NCBI RefSeq assembly: GCF_001735745.1
Contig: NZ_CP017260.1
Location: forward strand, 150,001-182,000
Source of the DNA: Formosa sp. Hel1_33_131
Lineage (GTDB): Bacteria > Bacteroidota > Bacteroidia > Flavobacteriales > Flavobacteriaceae
Direction of reading: 5' to 3'
DNA length: 32,000 nt
The notes below the pieces were generated by a model. The model did no database searches and was not told where the DNA came from. It saw only the letters and a program-made list of their open reading frames with translations. The translations under genes and the position numbers were made by a program. This document shows positions 26,836 to 32,000 of this stretch, piece after piece; positions within the stretch are counted from its first letter, which is position 1, and each line of letters opens with the position of its first letter.

Positions 26836-26985
26836 ATTTAATAATTTAGGTTTAAATAGTTTGTGTGCAACTTAATACACCGTTATGAATTATAAACAAC
26901 CAAATTAGGAACAACCCTACTTTATTTTAAAATTATTTTATAAAATACTATTAAACAGTATTTTACTTGCTAAATATTTTTTGTT

Positions 26986-26993
26986 TAATTTTG
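26986..26993 (+). promoter_or_regulatory. '-7' box TAATTTTG upstream of the ECF sigma gene
   Basis: Exact TAnnTTTG match, 28 nt upstream of the ATG at 27022. Confidence 0.35.
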
Positions 26994-27021
26994 GTTTTTA
27001 ATTTAGTACCGCCAAATTGAA

Positions 27022-27534
27022 ATGACAAAAAACAACAAATCGGTCTGTGAATCGAAACATTTTGAGATGCTCTTCAATACGCATTCAACGCTTTTAAGAA
27101 ACTATATTTATTACAAATGTGGCGATTTTAATTTAGCGGAAGATATGGTACAGGAAGCCTTTATAAGTTTATGGAATCACTGTGAAAAAGTTAATTATGA
27201 CGAAGCCTTATTTTATCTAAAAAGGATTGCTAATAATAATTTTTTGAATACTGTAAAACATCAAAAAGTAGTGTTAAACTATAGTAAGTTTAAAGGATCT
27301 GAAGTGAATAATGAAAGTCCCGAATTTATATATGAAGAAAAAGAATTTATGAAAAAACTTCAAGATGCGATTGCTATTTTACCAGAAAAACAAAGAGAAG
27401 TGTTTTTGTTAAATAGGATTGATAAAATGACCTATAAAGAAATCGCAGCATTGCTGAATTTATCTGTAAAAGCGGTTGAGAAAAGGATGCATAATGCATT
27501 AGTTGTCTTGAGAGAAAAAATAGGAAATATTTAA
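27022..27534 (+). CDS. ECF-type RNA polymerase sigma-70 factor
   Basis: 170 aa with region 2 (AEDMVQEAFISLWN) and a region 4 HTH (LPEKQREVFLLNRIDKMTYKEIAALLNLSVKAVEKRMHNAL). Confidence 0.88.
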   Translation: MTKNNKSVCESKHFEMLFNTHSTLLRNYIYYKCGDFNLAEDMVQEAFISLWNHCEKVNYDEALFYLKRIANNNFLNTVKHQKVVLNYSKFKGSEVNNESPEFIYEEKEFMKKLQDAIAILPEKQREVFLLNRIDKMTYKEIAALLNLSVKAVEKRMHNALVVLREKIGNI

Positions 27535-27584
27535 AAAGTAGGGTGTTCAGCTAAACAGTTGTTTATAATACAGTAACGACATTT

Positions 27585-28490
27585 ATGGAAACTAGAAATA
27601 AAGATACATTGTTAGCCAGATGGTTAACTGATGATTTAACATCTAAAGAAGCTCAGGACTTTAAAGCCTCTGAAGCCTATCATTCTTATGAAAAGATATC
27701 AACCTATGCGAATCATCTAGAAACGCCTCCCTATGATAAAGCGAAAGCTTGGAAGGCTGTTTCAAATCAAACAGTCGATAAAGCTAAAGTAAGACCCTTG
27801 TATTACAATTGGGCGACAGGAATCGCAGCGTCTATCGTATTGCTTTTTGGTATGTTTTATGGTTTAAATACAGGTACTACCACACATCAGTCTGATTATG
27901 GTACGCAATTATCAGTGGTGCTTCCAGATGGGTCTGAAGCCATTTTAAATGCCAATTCAAAAATTGAATTCAATACAACAGATTGGAAGAATGAAAACAG
28001 AACTTTAGAATTGGATGGTGAAGCTTATTTTAAAGTTAAAAAAGGCTCCCTATTTACTGTAAAAACTTCAAAAGGAAACGTAGCCGTTTTAGGAACTCAA
28101 TTTAACGTAAATAGTGATGCTAATTCCCTTGAAGTTAAATGTTATACAGGAAAAGTAAGGGTTTCTGATGCTACAAACACCGCTGTTTTAACCTCCGGAA
28201 ACGCCTATAGAATTATTGATGCTTCTGAAGAGAAGTGGACTTTTAAAACTACAGACCGTTCTTGGCTAAACCACGAAAGCACTTTTTACAATGCGCCTCT
28301 ATCTAGCGTATTTACAAGCTTAGAAAATCAATTTGAGATTACGATAAAAAACAAAAACAACTATTTAAACCAACGGTTTACAGGAAGTTTTATTAATGAT
28401 GATAAAAACTTAGCGTTAAAAACAGTCCTTGAAGCAATGAATATTGGTTACGTTTTTAATAAAAACAACGTTATTCTTGCCGTGTATTAA
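27585..28490 (+). CDS. FecR-family anti-sigma factor / transmembrane sensor
   Basis: 301 aa. A short cytoplasmic N-terminus is followed by one TM helix (GIAASIVLLFGMFYGL). The periplasmic FecR-type domain has LPDGSEAILNANSKIEF, LDGEAYFKV and VLGTQFNV. It follows the ECF sigma gene. Confidence 0.88.
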   Translation: METRNKDTLLARWLTDDLTSKEAQDFKASEAYHSYEKISTYANHLETPPYDKAKAWKAVSNQTVDKAKVRPLYYNWATGIAASIVLLFGMFYGLNTGTTTHQSDYGTQLSVVLPDGSEAILNANSKIEFNTTDWKNENRTLELDGEAYFKVKKGSLFTVKTSKGNVAVLGTQFNVNSDANSLEVKCYTGKVRVSDATNTAVLTSGNAYRIIDASEEKWTFKTTDRSWLNHESTFYNAPLSSVFTSLENQFEITIKNKNNYLNQRFTGSFINDDKNLALKTVLEAMNIGYVFNKNNVILAVY

Positions 28491-31067
28491 ATGAAACAAT
28501 ATCTATTTTTTTTAGTATTTATTTTTGTTTTCAACAACTTACCCGCACAGGAAAATTTAAATCAAAAGTACACAAATCAACCATTAGAAATGGTTCTAAA
28601 CAGGCTTCAAAAACAGTTTGAAGCGCGGTTTTCATATCCATCAAAATTAATTGAAAACGAAAAAGTTACAATCACGATTGACTCCACATCACTCGTTCGT
28701 AATTTAAATAGTATTGAATCACAAACGGCTCTTATATTTCAGGAGATTGGTGTTAATAATTTTATCTTAAAAACAACACAAACCCAACAACAATTCAGTA
28801 TTTGCGGATATATTTTTGATGCTAAAAACAGATTGCCAATAACAGATGTTACAATAGCTCCCCTCAAAAGAACTAAAAATTATACTTCTCAAACGAATGG
28901 CTATTTTGAGTTATTTAATTTAAAAAATACAACTCGAATTAAATTCCAACGATTGGGCTACAAAACACTTGTCCTAAGTGTTTCAGAATTTAAAAAGAAC
29001 TGTAAAGAAATCTTCCTAACAGAAAAAGCCATCACACTGAATGAAGTGACTATTCAAAATTATCTAACCACAGGATTTACAAAAAACAAGGATGGGTCTA
29101 TAAATGTGAAGCCAAGGAAAACCCAAATTCTACCAGGGTTGATTGAGGCCGATGTTTTACAAAGTGCGCAACTTATTCCCGGGATCCAAAGTCCCGACGA
29201 AACCGCAACAGGATTGAATATTAGAGGTAGTACTCCAGATCAAAACCTCATTGTTTTTGATGGCATTAAAATATACCATTACGATCATTTTTTTGGAATG
29301 CTTTCAGCTTTTAACACCAACATCATAGACGATGTGGTAATCTTTAAAAACGCAAGTCCTTCAAAATATAGAAGTCATCTTTCAGGTGTGATTGACATAA
29401 GAACAGACACCACGATTCCAAAAAAAATAAAAGGAGGTGTCGGAATAAATATGATTTACACCAATGCTTTTTTAAAAATACCTGTGAGTAAAAAACTTGG
29501 AATTCAAATGTCGGCAAGACGCTCTTTTTCAGATGCTTTAAAAACTATTACTTTTGACAGCTATTCAGATTATGTCTTTCAAAATACAAAAATAACAGAT
29601 CAAAATGCAGTATTTGACACGGAACAATCTAAAAAAAACAACACCTATTATTTTGAAGATTATACCTTATCAGGCCTATTTAAACTTTCTCCAAAAAGTG
29701 AACTAAAATTTAGCTCCATCTACTCCAATAATAATTTGAATTTTAAATCTCAATTTAAAGAAATCAATCAATTTACCATAGACCAATTAACTATTGAAAA
29801 TTTAGGCCTCAATATAAATTACACGACAAATTGGACTGAAAAATTCAAATCAAAACTATCTGCAAGTTTTTCAAGTTATGATTTTAGTTATAGTGGCGAA
29901 GAACTCTTGGATGCATTTTTTAGTTATGAAACGGTTAAGAAAAATAAAACAAATGACACAAACCTATCATTAGATGTAGATTATAAATTTAATAAGAACC
30001 ATTCGATCATGACCGGTTACGATCTTATCATCAATGATATTAGCTACACAATTGGCCGTCTCTCAGATGTTATTTTTGATGATGATTATACCTTAGAATC
30101 TCTGAATAGCAAAAACTACACACATTCCTTGTTTAATGAATATCGTTTTAAAAACAAGCAATTTTCAATACATACAGGGTTACGGACTACGTATTTCTCC
30201 ACTTTGAAAACCATTTATTTTCAACCAAATTTAAATGCAAACCTAAGCATCAATAACAATCTTAGTGTACAGTTGTCTTTAGAGAAAACAAATCAATTTG
30301 TAAGTCAGATCGTTGAATTTGAAACACAAAATTTTGGTTTAGAAAATCAAGTTTGGGCATTGTCCAATAGCTCCGAAATTCCTGTTTTAGAAAACAAACA
30401 AGCCTCGGTTTCTGCCATCTTTAAAAAACATGATTGGTACATAGATGTTGCTGCATATATCAAACAAAGTAACGGAATCACCTCTTTAACAAAAGGATTT
30501 AACAGAGAAGTTGCTGATTTTTCTACAGGGAAAAGCGAAACAAAAGGATTCGAGTTAATGGTTAAAAAAGAGTTGAATAATTTTTCTACACTCGTAAGCT
30601 ACGCACTCACAGATAATACGTTTCAATTTAAAGATTTAAATAGCGGTGCTGATTTTCAAGGGAATTTTGACATCAGACAGTATTTAACAATTGTACAAAC
30701 CTTCAAATTAAATGATTTAGAATTTTCAGCTGGTTGGCGATTTAAAACTCCAAGACCCTATACGCCCGCACTGGGCTTGATTGGTGACAATGCTGATAAT
30801 ATTCAGATTAATTATGGCGATATTAACAGTGCGCGACTGGACAACTACAACCGATTTGATGTATCCTCATCCTATAAGTTTAAAATTTCTAAAACACTCG
30901 AGAGTACTATCGGAGTTTCTTTGCTAAATGTGTTTAATAAAAGCAATAATATTTCTAGGTATCACAGAATTATACTGGATATAGACAGTGCTTCTTTTAA
31001 ATTAAGAGAACTTAATAAATTTTCAATCGCAAGAACTCTAAACATGAGTTTTCAGCTAAAATTTTAA
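28491..31067 (+). CDS. TonB-dependent receptor/transducer with N-terminal STN signalling domain and carboxypeptidase-regulatory-like domain
   Basis: 858 aa. A signal peptide is followed by an STN-like segment (PLEMVLNRLQKQFEARFSYPSKL...ALIFQEIGVNNFILK). A CarboxypepD_reg-like segment comes next (ICGYIFDAKNRLPITDVTI...NGYFEL). Plug motifs are present (NIRGSTPDQNLIVFDGIKIY). The barrel ends with an aromatic residue (QLKF). The start abuts the FecR stop (TAAATG). Confidence 0.88.
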   Translation: MKQYLFFLVFIFVFNNLPAQENLNQKYTNQPLEMVLNRLQKQFEARFSYPSKLIENEKVTITIDSTSLVRNLNSIESQTALIFQEIGVNNFILKTTQTQQQFSICGYIFDAKNRLPITDVTIAPLKRTKNYTSQTNGYFELFNLKNTTRIKFQRLGYKTLVLSVSEFKKNCKEIFLTEKAITLNEVTIQNYLTTGFTKNKDGSINVKPRKTQILPGLIEADVLQSAQLIPGIQSPDETATGLNIRGSTPDQNLIVFDGIKIYHYDHFFGMLSAFNTNIIDDVVIFKNASPSKYRSHLSGVIDIRTDTTIPKKIKGGVGINMIYTNAFLKIPVSKKLGIQMSARRSFSDALKTITFDSYSDYVFQNTKITDQNAVFDTEQSKKNNTYYFEDYTLSGLFKLSPKSELKFSSIYSNNNLNFKSQFKEINQFTIDQLTIENLGLNINYTTNWTEKFKSKLSASFSSYDFSYSGEELLDAFFSYETVKKNKTNDTNLSLDVDYKFNKNHSIMTGYDLIINDISYTIGRLSDVIFDDDYTLESLNSKNYTHSLFNEYRFKNKQFSIHTGLRTTYFSTLKTIYFQPNLNANLSINNNLSVQLSLEKTNQFVSQIVEFETQNFGLENQVWALSNSSEIPVLENKQASVSAIFKKHDWYIDVAAYIKQSNGITSLTKGFNREVADFSTGKSETKGFELMVKKELNNFSTLVSYALTDNTFQFKDLNSGADFQGNFDIRQYLTIVQTFKLNDLEFSAGWRFKTPRPYTPALGLIGDNADNIQINYGDINSARLDNYNRFDVSSSYKFKISKTLESTIGVSLLNVFNKSNNISRYHRIILDIDSASFKLRELNKFSIARTLNMSFQLKF

Positions 31068-31305
31068 GACACCCCTTGCAGCTTGATGTTGTTAAAAACA
31101 CTCATTTATTTGGCTATCCCTATTTTTTTTTATAATTTTATCACTGATTCAGACCCAAGTCTAAATCTTCAGAAGCGATCTAACCAGTCGTAAGATATTA
31201 TTTTTACTATTAGTAACATTGAATGCATCCCTGTGCGCGTCCATTATTGGAGACTATCAGAGTTGGGTGTCAATGTGTAGTTATAAATAATTTAAAACAA
31301 GAACA

Positions 31306-31815
31306 ATGATTAAAAAAATGATTTTAGTATGTGTAATCACATTAACGTTTAACGGGCTCTCAGCTCAAGAAAATATTGTAAAAGCCTCAGGAATTGTTGG
31401 AAATGCTGGTGTTCAATTTGAACGCTCCCTTTCTAACCATTTTTCAATAATTGGACAAGTGGGGATTTCATCAATTACAACAACAGTAAATTCTAACAAC
31501 TCAAAATCTAATGGATTTGGATTTTATGTTGAAGGCAGGTATTACTTTTCTTCTAATAAAGATTTAATGGAAGGATGGCATATAGGACCGTATTACAATA
31601 GCTTCATGACAAAAGATGATAAGGATTTAAAAACTAACATATCCTCTTTTGGATTGGGTACAGGGTATCAATGGGTTTTTGATTCTAAAGTTACTCTGGG
31701 AATTGTATTCGGTGGAGGAAGTTTAAATATTGATAGTGATATACCCGAAATTGAATTTTTAGAAATTTTTGGATTTCTACCACATTTGGGATTGTCGTTG
31801 GGGTATAATTTTTAA
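31306..31815 (+). CDS. small outer-membrane beta-barrel protein (possibly DUF3575-like)
   Basis: 169 aa with a signal peptide (FNGLSAQ). It has an alternating hydrophobic beta-strand pattern with Gly/aromatic girdles and a C-terminal LGYNF-type OMP terminus. Confidence 0.65.
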   Translation: MIKKMILVCVITLTFNGLSAQENIVKASGIVGNAGVQFERSLSNHFSIIGQVGISSITTTVNSNNSKSNGFGFYVEGRYYFSSNKDLMEGWHIGPYYNSFMTKDDKDLKTNISSFGLGTGYQWVFDSKVTLGIVFGGGSLNIDSDIPEIEFLEIFGFLPHLGLSLGYNF

Positions 31816-31875
31816 GGTGAATTTAAACCCAAAACGTCATTGCATTTAGTGTGCATTTGTGATAAATTATTCTAT

Positions 31876-32000
31876 ATGAAAAGAGTACTATTAATAATTG
31901 TATTTTTAATAAGTCCAATTAGTAATGCACAAAAAATTAAAACAATTTTATTTTATAAAAGTGGAGATTCTATTGAAGGATTTTCAAGGGGCGTTAAATA
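31876..32000 (+). CDS. hypothetical secreted protein, 3'-truncated by the window edge
   Basis: An ATG at 31876 opens MKRVLLIIVFLISPISNAQKIKTILFYKSGDSIEGFSRGVK..., which is open to the window end and has a clear signal peptide. Confidence 0.45.
   Translation, partial: MKRVLLIIVFLISPISNAQKIKTILFYKSGDSIEGFSRGVK

Noticed and set aside
26908-26912. GGAAC, an ECF-type -35-like pentamer upstream of the sigma gene
   Set aside because: No convincing -10 (CGT-type) element lies 16-17 nt downstream. No matching motif occurs upstream of the lipoprotein genes. A 5-mer alone is not evidence.
31068-31305. A 238-bp intergenic region after the TonB-dependent receptor, with a locally GC-richer patch and a 9-bp imperfect hairpin (31146-31167)
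   Set aside because: It shows no recognisable riboswitch or sRNA architecture, no T-tract and no ORF. It probably holds only the promoter region of the OMP gene. It would be worth an Rfam scan, but there is nothing I can support.
1-32000. Search for tRNA, rRNA, CRISPR arrays, transposases, integrases or prophage and defence genes
   Set aside because: I saw none. Intergenic spaces are all 240 bp or less, and every long ORF has a housekeeping or envelope-type assignment. The segment from 24.9 to 32 kb looks accessory by content, but no mobile-element boundaries are visible.

Overview
This window looks like a low-GC chromosomal segment from a Flavobacteriia-type (Bacteroidota) genome. The evidence is the gene order parA-parB-DUF5683-dapB-lepB-WbqC, a GldI-type lipoprotein, no Shine-Dalgarno sequences, and several TAnnTTTG '-7' promoter boxes. 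From 1 to about 24.8 kb it is densely packed, mostly conserved housekeeping: methylmalonyl-CoA mutase mutA/mutB, parAB, dapB, signal peptidase I, mutL followed by two rhomboids and a membrane EEP protein, ribH, recF, ndk, an NrnA-like DHH protein, a peptidyl-prolyl isomerase cluster and pepD. Many genes overlap by 4-11 nt, which suggests translational coupling. I saw no tRNA, rRNA, CRISPR array, transposase or integrase. The least ordinary part is 24.9-32 kb. It holds a tandem pair of extremely acidic lipoproteins built from cysteine-framed repeats, which I cannot place in any family. They are transcribed divergently from an ECF sigma / FecR anti-sigma / STN-domain TonB-dependent transducer operon, and a small outer-membrane beta-barrel gene follows. 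Other points worth a second look are listed below.
- A second ParA paralog with a ~110-aa C-terminal extension sits directly upstream of the canonical parAB.
- A 145-bp nested palindromic element lies between two convergent genes.
- MutL carries substitutions in its endonuclease metal-binding motifs.
- One of the two rhomboids has a ~70-aa loop insertion.
- Two promoter boxes sit so close to start codons that the mRNAs may be leaderless.
All product calls come from reading motifs in the supplied translations. No database search was run.
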